A DNA stretch of 64,000 bases from an uncultured Gemmataceae bacterium. GTDB taxonomy: Bacteria > Planctomycetota > Planctomycetia > Gemmatales > Gemmataceae. The stretch's first letter is position 1; each line of letters begins with the position of its first letter. The notes beneath the pieces are model-generated. The model made no database searches, was not told the origin of the DNA, and saw only the letters and a program-made list of their open reading frames with translations. The stretch is taken from assembly GCA_963750165.1 (NCBI GenBank), contig CAVVPN010000003.1, positions 3,456,001 to 3,520,000 on the forward strand, written 5' to 3'. Below, in pieces: positions 1 to 12,300 of this stretch. A program made the position numbers and the translations under genes.

Positions 1-76
1 GATCAGGCGCTGATTCAGGCCAGGACTTCCGTTCCGAATAAGTGATTCAGCAGGAAACTTAGAGCGGTTCGCAGTT

Positions 77-144
77 GGGTGTAGCGGAAGTCGCCAGACT
101 TCCGTCCGGTGCTGCTCGGAAGTCTGGCGACTTCCGCTACACCC
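77..144. repeat. GTAG-type REP doublet (hairpin), preceded by a MITE-like terminus TAGAGCGGTTC at 60-70
   Basis: GTAGCGGAAGTCGCCAGACTTCCG at 81-104 and its reverse complement ending CTAC at 140, extended by GGGT/ACCC. Each arm is itself an imperfect palindrome. Confidence 0.75.
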
Positions 145-317
145 ATTCGCAATCTGCAATAGCTTGCACACTTCAGATGTTAAGAAACTACCATTCCCAT
201 TTCACGAAATAAAGCGATTGTTACAAAAAATCGACAACGGGAAAGTCGTCCAGCGCCAGTGCTCCCTACCATGCCGGCCACAACGGCGCTGCGCCGCCTA
301 CCCCTGCGTTACTTTTC

Positions 318-3300
318 CTACAACCCGCGCTCCAGGAATTCTCCGTAACCTGAGCCCGACGCGCTATCGAACCAATCCGTTCCTCCCAGGCCTTCAAAGA
401 TGGCGTCGAGTGCCGCCAGGTTCGGGCCGCTATCCCACGGGTTGGAATCGACGTTAGCCGTGTCCTGGGAATAACCCTTCTGGGCGCCGCTGTTGCCGAG
501 CACGAGCGCCGGGATGCCGGAATTCATGGTGTCGGCGGTGGCGGCCGACCCGTTGACCGTGAACGAGCCCGGGAGACTGAGGTACGTTTCCGGCTGCGTC
601 GGGGCTTGCAAGTCGCTCGCCTTGCCGGTGTCCGTCCGTGGCTCGGTCGCCGGGAAGGCGGCAGTCCCGGACTCCTGGACGATGGGATTCTGGTTGGCGT
701 CGAGGTCCGAGTCGGGTGCCGCCACGAACTCGGCATTGAACACGTTCACGATGGCTGCGACCATCCCATTGATGGAGCCGTAAGGAGCGGTCGCGTTGGC
801 TTCCATGTCTGCCACGCTTTGCGCAGTCACGGTGACGCTGCGCTGGGCATTGACACCGCCGTTGGGGGTGGCGTTAATCAGGTCGGGAAGCAACAGGTTG
901 GCCACGGGGCTGCCCAGACCAGTGGCCAGATTGTAGCCCGCGCCGGCGTTAAAGGTGCCGTTGCTGCCGCTGGTGATCTGGTGGAAATCACTGACCGGCA
1001 CGCTGTACAGGTCTTGCTGGGCCTCGTTCGGGCTGGCGGTGCCGAAGCTGGCTTTCCCGGCCAGGGCGCGGCCCTGGTTGGCGAGCACGAGGAGCCCCGC
1101 CCAGTTCGGGGCCGACAAACTGGTGCCGCCGACAGTGACCATCGGACTACCGCCGAGCAGGTTATACGTATCGGCGATCCAGGCGCCCGTGGCGGGGTCG
1201 GCCACTGCCGCCACGTCGGGGGTGGAACGGCTGCCCGTGGACTGCACGCCGAGTTGCCAGGCCGGCTCGGCTTCAAACTGACTCAGGCCGCCACCGCTGC
1301 CGATGAACTGACCCATCGTGCTGGAGTAATACCCCCAGGCGGTCTCGCTGTTGTACGAATCGTCCGCGTTGAGCGTGAGGCTGGTGCCGCCGACCGCCAC
1401 CACGTTGGGCGAATAGGCGGGGTACTCGGGGTCGGCCGCGCCGTAGTCGCCGGTGCTGGCCACGAAGGTCACGCCCTGGTGGCCGGCTGGCGTGGTCAGG
1501 TAGCTGTCGTAAAGGGCTTCCTGCTGGGCCGTAATCATCTGATTCTCGGCGAAGCCCCAGCTCATCGACACCACCGACACGCCCGGTTGATCGGCTGCGG
1601 TGGCCACGCCGGTCATCAGGTCGGCCAGCGACTGGCTGTTACTTTCCACCAGCACAATGTTCGCGCCGGGGGCGAGGGCGTGGACCCATTCCACGTCGAG
1701 CGCGATCTCCATTTCCCAGTTGCTCACCCCTGCCCCGGTCGGGTCGGTCGCGGGCAACGGGGTCGTTTGGCCCTGCTGATTGAGCACGGTCAGGAAGGAC
1801 GACGCCGGGCCGTACTGCTCGAACAGGCTCGGGCTGGTAGTCGTCAGGCTGAATTGCAGGTCGAACGTGTCCAGCGACTGATAGATGTTCGGGTCGTCGT
1901 AGGCATCGACGATGGCGATGGTCTGGCCCGTGCCGTCCAGGGCGGCACTGTTGATGCCGTAGGCGGATCGGATCTGGGCGGGCGTGTACACCGTGCCGCC
2001 GGCGCCGGTCGATTGATTGAGGATGGTGTTGCCGCTGATGTTGATGGTATCGACGATGAGCGAACCTCGGAACTGCCCGTTGCCGCTAATGCCGAGCGGG
2101 GCGGTGGGCGCGTAGATGAGGCCGCCGGGCATGACGATGCCGTTGCCGCTCAAGGTGATGGTCTTGGTGTTCGTGCGTGGCTGGAAGAAGAGGATGCCGT
2201 CATAGGGCCCGCTGGTCATGGGGGTGAGGCTGATGTTGCCGTTGCCGCTCAGGTTGATGTTGCCATAGCTCGAGCCATTGCCGGCGTTGTCGATCATGAC
2301 GCCGTTGCCCGAGACGTTGCCGTTGCCCGAGACGCTGAAGCCGCCCCCCTGGATGACGTAGATGCCGGGGTTCATCGTCAGGTTGCCATTGCCCGAGACG
2401 GAAATCCCGCTGTAGAGGCCGGGGTAGATCATTAGCGAACTGTTCCCCGAGACATTGACCGCCGTCGCGGTGCCGCTGGCGGTGGGCGCAACGAGGCTGG
2501 CGAGCGGGTCGGTGAACGACGCGGCGCCGGTGGTGGGCGCCGGGCTGATGTGAGCATTGCCACTCGTCTTGACTGCCCCGTGGACCCGGACGGCGCTGCC
2601 GGTGACGATGGCGTTGCCGCTGGCGCTGAGGGCGTTTGTTGCGTTGGAGTCCACAGCGATGATGCCCCCAACCACGAGTTGCGCGTTGCCGCTGAGCGTC
2701 AACGCATTGGCGGCGGTCGGGTCGAGGACATAGGCGGTCGTGCTCGTTACGGCGGTCACCGTCACCGACACGGTGCCGCTGCTGGGAAGCAACACACTGT
2801 TGCCGCTGTAAGCCGCGCTGATCGTATGCGTTCCCAGCGTGAGGGCGGAGGTGGTGAGCGTTGCCGTCCCATTCGTGAGGGAGATCGTTCCCAACGTGGT
2901 TGAGGTCGTGGTGTCCACGAAGACCACGTTCCCGGTCGGCGGCAGCGCGGCGGCAACCGTCGCCGTGAATGTGTAATTCGCGCCGCTGGCCGAGGCGGTG
3001 ACGGTGGTGGTCGTCGCCGGTTGGAGAACGTTGACGGTCGCCGTTACCGTGGTCGCGGAGAAATAGCTATCCCCGCTGTAGACCGCTGTGATGTTGTGAG
3101 CCCCAAGGGTCAGCGCCGAGGTCTGGTAAGAGGTGCTGCCGTTGGACAGCGTGGTTACGTCCAGAACCGTGGTGCCGTCCTTGAAGGTCACCGTGCCGCC
3201 GGGAGTGACATTGGCAAACCCGTTCGGCGTGACGGCGACCGAGAAGGTGATTCCCTGGCCATAGACGGCGTTCGTGGTAGATGGGGTCAACGCCACGTTG

Positions 3301-6300
3301 GGGTTGCTCGAACTGACCAGTACGTCGGTGCCGGTGGTGGTGTTGTAAGCCGCGAACCGGTACATGAACAATTCGTAATCACCGCCCGTGCTGGCCTGGC
3401 CCGTGGCGTGCTGATAATCGTCCACCTCGACCGTGTAAGTGCCGGTCGTCGGCAGCGTCTCATCGATGATGGACGAATCGGACGGCTCGAACTGGTCGTC
3501 GTTCCAGGTGAGCAACTGACCGTTGGGCCCGTAGAGATAGAGCACCGAGTCAATGGGGTCGGTGATGCGGGTCAGGGCGGCGGACTTGACGTAGAAGCTC
3601 ATCAGCGAGCCGGCCGTGGCCTGGAAGGTGTAGAAGTCCGGAGAGGTCGTCGTCGCGCTGCCGGCCGCGAGGGTGCCAAGCACGTCCACGGCGGCCACGT
3701 CAAAGTTCATGCCGGCGTCGTAGCCGGTGGTGACGGGGTTGGGCACGTTCAACTGATACAGGCTCACGGGCTGCGCCGACACATTCGTCGGCATGGTGCC
3801 GGGAGTGGTGGTCGTCCCGGGGGTAGGATTCGAGGGGGTGGGCGGCGTCTCGGAGACCAGATAGATGGGGTTCGCTTGCGCAGCTGAGGCACTCACGGTG
3901 TACGGCCCGTCGTCGCCACTGTGGTTCGTGCCATCGACCACGGTGCCGTCGGAGATGAATGCCAGGCTGATGGCGTCGCGCTCGCCGAACGACGCCTGAC
4001 CGGTTGCCAGTTCCTGTAACGTGGAGCCGACCGACGCCGGCGAAGCAATGATGTTGTCCAGGGTGTTGAAGGCGGCCACCGGGCCGGTGTAGGCCGGGTA
4101 ATAAGCGCCGGCTCCCGGCGGATTCGAGATGCCGAAGCCGATTGGGTCATAGGAATCCTCATGCCGCAGTCCCAGGGTGTGCCCCAGTTCGTGGGCCGTG
4201 ACCGTGATCGACATGCCGATGAAATTGGCGTCGGTGTCCGGCTGCTGGTAGAGGCCCGTGCCCAAAAAGCCGTTGACATCCACCACCATACTGGTGTTCA
4301 AGTTCAGGTTGCGGAAGTCGATCTCGTTCGATTTGCCGCCGGGCGACGGTTGGGCATTGGAGATCGGCACCACGTTGAAATAAACGGTCTCATAAGGCGT
4401 GCCGGCGGGGATCACGGTGGGGTCGAGCGTGAACTGGGTGAGGTTGAAGGTGCCGCCGTTCAGGGACTGATTGTTGAACGCCGCGAAGTCATTCTGAAGG
4501 CCCTGCAAAATGGCTTGCTCGTCGCTGGCGGTATAGCTGCCGGTGCCGTTGTGCAGCGACTCGGTAATCGGGATGACGGTCGGGTTCACCGCGACGTTGG
4601 CATTGATGTCGTTCAGGGCGGTCTGGATGTTTGCGGCCAGGGTTGTCGGGTTCGAGTTCCACAGGATGGGGGCCGTTTGGGAACCGTTGAGCGACAGGGT
4701 GAAGCTACCGCCCGTGACATTGCCGCTGAACGTGATGGTCTGCACCGCCGGAGTGGTGGCCGTGCCGGCAGTGGTGGTGTCCACATAGACGAACGCGGCG
4801 GGGCCGGTGAGGGATGCGTTATTTGCGGTCATCGTGTCCGGGATGCCAGGATTCTGGAAGCTGACGACTTCACCGATGTCGGTCGCCAGCGGCGTCGGAA
4901 AATCAGTGAAATCCAGGTACACCCACTGGGTCTGGGCCGTCGTGGGCGGGACGGCGGCGCGGGCATAGGGATCGGGGTTATCGACCTGGGAGCCCTTGAC
5001 GGTGCCGTTGATACCGCTCCCGATGATGGTGTCGTTGCCAGGACTGCCGATCGCGTTGGTGATGGCCGGCACGGCCGGCAGGGTCAGCGACAGGTTCGTG
5101 GAGCCGTCACTATTCTTGGTGACCGTTTGCGTGCCGGCGGTTGTCAGATTCAGGTTGACGCCGCCGCCCTGGAAATTCGAGAAGTCGAGAGTGCTGTTGG
5201 TGGCCGCCCCGGTGGGTTCGTTCAGGGTCACGTTGCCGAAGTTAAAACCCGAGTCGCCGCCGACGAAGGAGAAGGTGTCGGTGCCGCCGCTGCCGTTGAA
5301 GGTGCCGCCGTTCTGATAAATGGCGGCAGACACCGCCGTCCCCGGCGTCAGCCCCAACAGCCCCGGATCCTCGATGACGAAACGGTTGTTACCGCCTCCC
5401 GTGGCGCTCAAGTTCGACAGCAAGCCACCAACCATAACATTGTTGCTGCCGGTGGCGGTGGCCGTCAGTTGATAACTGCTGGCGGCCAGGCCGTTACTGA
5501 CCGCCTGATTCACCACGGCCAGCTGGCTCGGAGTAATGTTTTCGGTGAGCACCCCGCCGCTGCCCATGTTGACCGTGGAAAACAACCCCGCCACCACCTG
5601 GTTGCCGCTGCCTGTGAGATTGATGTTCAACTCGATGTTTTGCAGACCCGCGTTGGTAACCGCCTGGCTGTAGAGGGTCGGATTGATTTCGAAGAGGCTC
5701 TGCAAGAATGTCGGTTGATTGACGAGCAGGGCGTCCACCAGCGCCGGTGTGGAAACGACCAGTTCGAGGATCACCATCGGGCTGATCCCGGCGTCGGTCG
5801 CCGCCGCGGGCACCGGGGTGACCTCGGCTCCGGTCGCCGCCACGGGCAACGGGGTGACTTCCGTTCCGGCCGCCGCCGCGGGCAACGGGGTGATCGTGGC
5901 CCCGGCGGCCACCACGGGCAATGGGGTGATCGTGGCACCGGCGGCGGCCACCGGCAACGGAGTGATCGCGGCACCGGCGGCCACCACGGGCAACGGGGTG
6001 ATCGTGGCACCGGCGGCCACCACGGGCAACGGGGTGATCGTGGCACCGGCCGCCACCGCGGGCAACACGGTGGTCGCGGCACCGGCGGCCACCACGGGCA
6101 ACGAGGTGATTGCGGCGCCAGCGACCACCGCGGGCACTGGAGTGATTGCGGCGCCCGCGGCCACCACGGGCAACGGGGTGATCGTGGCTCCGGCCGCCAC
6201 CGCGGGCATCGGAGTGATTGCAGCACCGGCCGCCACCACCGGCAACGGGATGACCTCGGCTCCGGCGGCGGCCACGGGCAACGGGGTGATCGCGGCGCTC

Positions 6301-9300
6301 GCGGCCACCGCGGACAACGGAGTGATCGCGGCACCGGCGGCCACCGTGGGCAACGTGGCGGCGTCCAATAGCGTGACCAGTGGCAGCAATACCACCACTT
6401 CATTCAGCGTCCCCGGGTTCACTTTAAGATTCGCCAGCGTCGCGGCATTCACCTCGCCAACCAACGTGTTCAGGATGGTTGGATCGACCGCCGCCACCAG
6501 GGCGTTGAGCGTGGTGGTGGACACTTCACCGAGCACGGTGTTCAGCGCGTTGGTGCTGACCCCACCGAGCACGGCGTTCAGCGTGGTGCCACTCAGGCCG
6601 CCGAGCACGGCGTTCAGCGTCGTACTGGTCACGCCGCCGAGCACCGCGTTCAGCGTGTTACTGGTCAGGCCGCCGAGTATTGCATTCAGCGTCGTGCTGG
6701 TCAGGCCGCCCAGCACGGCGTTCAGCGTGTTACTGGTCAGGCCGCCCAGTACCGTGTTCAGCGTACCACTGCCCGCACCGCCCAGCACCGCGTCCAGCGT
6801 ACTGGAAGTCAAGCCGCCGAGCACGGCGTTCAGCGTGTTGGTGTCAAGACCGCCGAGCACGGCGTTCAGCGTGTTGGTGTCAAGACCGCCGAGCACGGCG
6901 TTCAGCGTGCCGGTGGTCAAGCCGCCGAGCACGGTGTTCAGGGTGCCGCTGCCCACGCCGCCGAGCACGGTGTTCAGGGTGCCGCTGCCCACGCCGCCGA
7001 GCACGGTGTTCAGGGTGCCGCTGCCCACGCCGCCGAGCACGGTGTTCAGGGTGCCGCTGCCCACGCCGCCGAGCACCGCGTTCAAGGTGCCAGTGGTCAA
7101 GCCGCCCAGCACGGCGTCGAGCGTGGTACCGGTCAAGCCACCCAACACGACATTGAGTGTGGTGGTGTTCAGGCCACCCAGCACCGCGTTCAACGTGCCG
7201 CTGTCCAACCCGCCGAGCACGGTGTTTAGCGTGCCGGTGTTCAAACCCCCCAGCACGGTGTTCAGGGTGCCGCTGCCCACACCGCCTAGCACCGCGTTCA
7301 GCGTGCCGCTGCCCACGCTGCCGAGCACGGTGTTCAGCGTCGTGCCACTCAGGCCGCCCAGCACCGTGTTCAACGTCGTGCCACTCAGGCCGCCCAGCAC
7401 CGTGTTCAGCGTTGTCCCACTCAGGCCGCCGAGTACGGTGTTCAGCGTGGTGCCACTCAGGCCGCCCAGCACCGTGTTCAGCGTCGTGCCACTCAGGCCG
7501 CCCAGCACCGTGTTCAGCGTGCCACTGCCCACACCTCCCAGCACCGCGTTCAGGGTGCCGTTGCCCACACCGCCGAGCACGGTGTTTAGCGTGGTGCCAC
7601 TCAGGCCGCCCAGCACCGTGTTCAACGTCGTGCCACTCAGACCGCCGAGGACGGTATTCAGCGTTGTGCCACTCAGGCCGCCCAGCACGGTATTCAGCGT
7701 CGTGGTATTCAGACCGCCGAGGACGGTGTTCAGTGTCGTGCCACTCAGGCCGCCGAGGACGGTGTTCAGCGTGGTGCCACTCAGGCCGCCCAGCACGGCG
7801 TTCAGGGTGCCACTGCCCACACCACCCAGCACGGTATTCAACGTACCGCTACCCACACCGCCCAGAACCGCGTTCAGCGTGGTATTGCTAGCGCCGCCCA
7901 GCACGGTGTTCAGCGTGCCGGTGCTCAGGCCCCCCAGCACCGTATTCAACGTGCCAGTGGTCAAGCCGCCCAGTACGGCGTTGAGGGTGGTGCCGGTCAG
8001 GCCGCCCAGCACGGCGTTCAGCGTCGTGCCGCTGGCCCCGCCCAGGACGGCGTTCAGTGTGCCGCTGCTCAAGCCACCCAGGACGGTGTTCAGCGTACCG
8101 CTGCTCAAGCCGCCCAGGACGGTGTTCAGCGTACCGCTGCTCAGGCCCCCCAGCACAGTGTTCAGCGTGCCTGTACCAAGCCCGCCCAGGACGGCGTTGA
8201 GCGTGGTGGTGGTAATGCCGCCGAGTACCGTGTTCAGCGTCGTGCCGGTCAGGCCGCCGAGTACCGCGTTCAGCGTCGTGCCGCTGGCCCCGCCGAGCAC
8301 GGTGTTCAGGGTGGTGCTGTTCACGCCGCCCAGCACGGCGTTCAGCGTCGTGCCGGTCAGGCCGCCGAGTACCGCGTTCAGCGTCGTGCCGCTGGCCCCA
8401 CCGAGCACGGCGTTCAGGGTGGTGCTGTTCACGCCGCCCAGGACGGTGTTCAACGTGGTGCCGCTCAGCCCGCCCAGCACGGCGTTGATCGTGGTGCTGT
8501 TCGCTCCCCCGAGCACAGCGTTCAACGTGGTGCTGGTCAAACCGCCCAGCACGGTGTTCAACGTCGTGCTGGTCAGGCCGCCCAGGACGGCGTTCAGCGT
8601 GCCACTGCCCAGGCCGCCCAGGACGGTGTTCAAGGTGGTGCCGCTCACCCCCCCCAGGACGGTATTCAGCGTGGTGCTGCCCAGGCCGCCCAGGACGGTG
8701 TTCAACGTGGTGCCGCTCACCCCGCCCAGCACGGCGTTCAGTGTGGTGCCGCTCACCCCGCCCAGTACGGTATTCAGCGTGGTGCTGGTCAGCCCGCCCA
8801 GGACGGCGTTCAACGCGCTACTGTTCAAGCCGCCCAGCACGGTGTTCAGCGTCGTACCCGTCAGGCCGCCCAGCACCGCGTTCAGTGTCGTGCTGCTGGC
8901 GCCGCCCAGCACGGCACTGAGCGTGGTGGTGTTCAAGCCGCCCAGCACGGTGTTCAGGGTGGTGCCGCTCACCCCGCCCAGCACCGCGTTCAGCGTAGTA
9001 TCGCTCACCCCGCCCAGGACGGTGTTCAGCGTGGTGCCGCTCACCCCGCCCAGCACCGCGTTCAACGTCGTGCTGCTGGCGCCACCGAGCACGGTGTTCA
9101 GCGTGGTGCCGCTCACCCCGCCCAGCACCGCGTTCAGCGTGGTGGTGTCAAGACCGCCGAGCACGGCGTTCAGTGTGGTGGTGGTCAGGCCGCCGAGCAC
9201 GGCGCTCAGTGTGTTCGTGTTGAGGCCACCCAGCACGGCGTTCAGCGTAGTATCGCTCACCCCGCCCAGCACGGCGTTCAGCGTGGTGCCGCTCACCCCG

Positions 9301-12300
9301 CCCAGCACCGCGTTGAGGGTAGCGCTGCTGGCGCCGCCCAGCACGGTGTTGAGCGTGGTGCCGCTCACCCCGCCGAGGACGGTGTTGAGCGTGGTGCCGG
9401 TCAAGCCCCCGAGCACGGCGTTGAGCGTGGTGCTGCTGGCACCCCCGAGCACGGCGTTCAACGTGGTGCCATTCAGGCCGCCCAGCACCGCGTTCAGCGT
9501 GGTACTATTCAGACCGCCGAGCACGGCGTTGATCGTCGTGCTGCTGGCGCCGCCCGAGCACGGCGTTGATCGTCGTGCTGCTGGCGCCGCCCAGCACCGC
9601 GTTCAGCGTCGTGCTACTGGCGCCCCCGAGGACGGCGTTGATGGTGGTGCTGCTGGCGCCGCCCAGCACCGCGTTCAACGTGGTGCCGGTCAGGCCCCCC
9701 AGCACGGTGTTCAGCGTGGTGCCGGTCAAGCCCCCGAGGACGGCGTTGATGGTGGTGTTGCTAGCGCCGCCCAGCACGGCGTTCAGCGTGGTGCCATTCA
9801 AGCCGCCCAGCACCGTGTTCAGCGTGGTACTATTCAGACCGCCCAGCACCGCATTGAGCGTGGTGCTGCTGGCGCCGCCCAGGACGGCATTCAACGTGCC
9901 GGTGCTTACCCCGCCCAGTACGGCGTTGAGTGTGGTCCCTGTCAGGCCGCCGAGCACGGCGTTCAGCGTCGTGCTGCTGGCGCCGCCCAGCACCGCATTC
10001 AACGTGGTGGTGTTCAAGCCCCCGAGCACGGCGTTCAGCGTGGTGCTGCTGGCGCCGCCCAGCACCGCGTTCAGCGTCGTGCTGCTCAAACCGCCGAGCA
10101 CGGCGTTCAACGTGGTGCTGCTGGCACCGCCCAGCACCGCGTTTAGCGTGGTGGTGGTGACGCCGCCCAGTACGGCGTTGAGGGTAGCGCTGCTTGCGCC
10201 GCCCAGCACCGCGTTCAGCGTGGAACCGCTGGCGCCGCCCAGCACGGCGTTGATGGTGGTACTGCTGGCGCCGCCCAGCACCGCGTTCAGCGTGGTGGTG
10301 TTAAGACCGCCGAGCACGGCGTTGATCGTGGTGCTGCTGGCGCCCCCGAGAATCGCGTTGATCGTCCCGGTGTTCAAGCCCCCCAGCACGGCGTTGAGGG
10401 TAGCGCTGCTGGCGCCGCCCAGCACGGCGTTCAGCGTGGAACCGCTGACGCCGCCCAGCACCGCGTTGATCGTGGTGCTATTCAAGCCTCCGAGCACGGT
10501 GTTCAGGGTGGTGCTGGTCAGGCCGCCCAGCACGGCATTCAGGGTCGTGGTGCTCACGCCGCCGAGCACGGCGTTCAGCGTGGTCGTACCCACGCCGCCG
10601 AGGACGGTGTTGAGCGTGGTCGGGGTCAGGCCGCCCAGCACGGCGTTGATCGTGCCGCTGCTGACGCCGCCGAGCACGGCGTTCAATGTGGTGCTGCTGG
10701 CGCCGCCGAGCACGGCGTTCAGCGTGGTCGGGTTCACACCGCCCAGCACGGCGTTCAGGGTGGTCGGGGTCAGGCCGCCGAGCACCGTGTTCAGCGTCGT
10801 GCCACTCAGGCCGCCGAGCACGGTGTTCAGCGTGCCGGAATTCAAACCGCCGAGCACGGTGTTCAGCGTGCCGGAATTCAAACCGCCGAGCACGGTGTTC
10901 AGCGTGCCGGAATTCAAACCGCCGAGCACGGTGTTCAGCGTGCCGGAATTCAAACCGCCGAGCACGGTGTTCAACGTACCGCTGTTCACACCGCCGAGCA
11001 CAGTGTTCAGAGTGCCGGAACTCAGGCCGCCGAGCACGGCGTTCAACGTGCCGCTGCTCGCCCCTCCGAGGACGGTGTTCAGCGTGCCGCTGTTCACACC
11101 GCCGAGGACGGTGTTCAACGTGCCGCTGGTCAAGCCGCCGAGCACGGTGTTCAGCGTGCCGGAACTCAGGCCGCCCAGCACGGTGTTCAACGTGCCGCTG
11201 CTCGCCCCTCCGAGGACCGCGTTTAGCGTGCCGTTGTTCAGGCCGCCGAGCACGGCGTTGAGCGTGGTGTTGCTCACTCCTCCGAGGACCGCGTTCAGCG
11301 TGTTGCTGCTCAGGCCGCCGAGCACGGCGTTCAGCGTGGTACTGCTCGCGCCCCCGAGCACGGTGTTCAGCGTGCCGGAACTCAAGCCGCCGAGGACGGT
11401 GTTCAGCGTGTCGCTGCTCAGGCCGCCGAGCACCGTGTTGAGCGTGGTGCTATTCAAGCCGCCGAGCACGGCGTTCAGCGTGCCGCTGCTCAGGCCGCCG
11501 AGGGCAGTATTCAAGGTCGATGGCGAGCCGGCCAGGGCCTGCGTCAACGCCTGAGACACTGTGGTGGATTGGTCGGCCGCGACCAGGAAAGCGTTCGCCT
11601 GGTTGGGGTCGTAATTTTGAACGATGTTGTTGAAGCCGCTGGAGGACTGGACGGTGACTCCAGTGCCGGCGTAGACCGTATTGTTGCTACCCAGGACCAC
11701 GACCGTCGTGCCCGGCACCATCGCGCTGCCGGTGGAAGTGCTAAAGGTCGAGGACGCCGTGTAGAGGGTGTCGCCGTTGCCCAGAATGACCTTCGGGATC
11801 GGCCCTTGAAAACTCAGCGAGTCCACCAAATTCGACGCCACCACATTGGGATCCATCAGCGCGTCACTGGTTGTCAGGCTGGTCTGGTAAATGTCCTGTG
11901 GTTGGCCGCTGTTGTCATTGACGTTTACCGTGGCCCCGGTCTGCAGTGCGGGCTTACTGACAACGGCACCGGAGAGGGTGGCTTTGCTGAGGTCAACGGT
12001 GTTGGATGTGGCCGTGGCAGTGACCAACGCGACGTTGTGGTTGCCGCTCGGGACGGGGATGAAGCTGTTTTGACCAGTGCCCCCCTGGAAGGTCACATTG
12101 TTTTGCTGCGTCCCGGTCTGCTGGAAGGTGTTGTTGACCTGACCGCCCTTCACGACCACTGGCACGGGGGTGGGATCGACTGTCGCCGTGATGGCGGCGG
12201 GATCACTGGTGAGATCGACGGTGGTGCTGCTCATGGTGGAGACAATCCCCAGAGTGCCGCTCACGGTCGAAGACAGTGTACTGCCCGTCACGTCCACGTT

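Noticed and set aside
6500..11518. 36-bp periodic array as a CRISPR
   Set aside because: There are no unique spacers, variation is codon-structured, and no cas genes are present.
5719..11554. Long plus-strand ORFs (1475 aa and 662 aa) made of PPST repeats
   Set aside because: Antisense shadows of the repeat array, which lacks stops on the other strand. The minus frame is continuous with recognisable domains.
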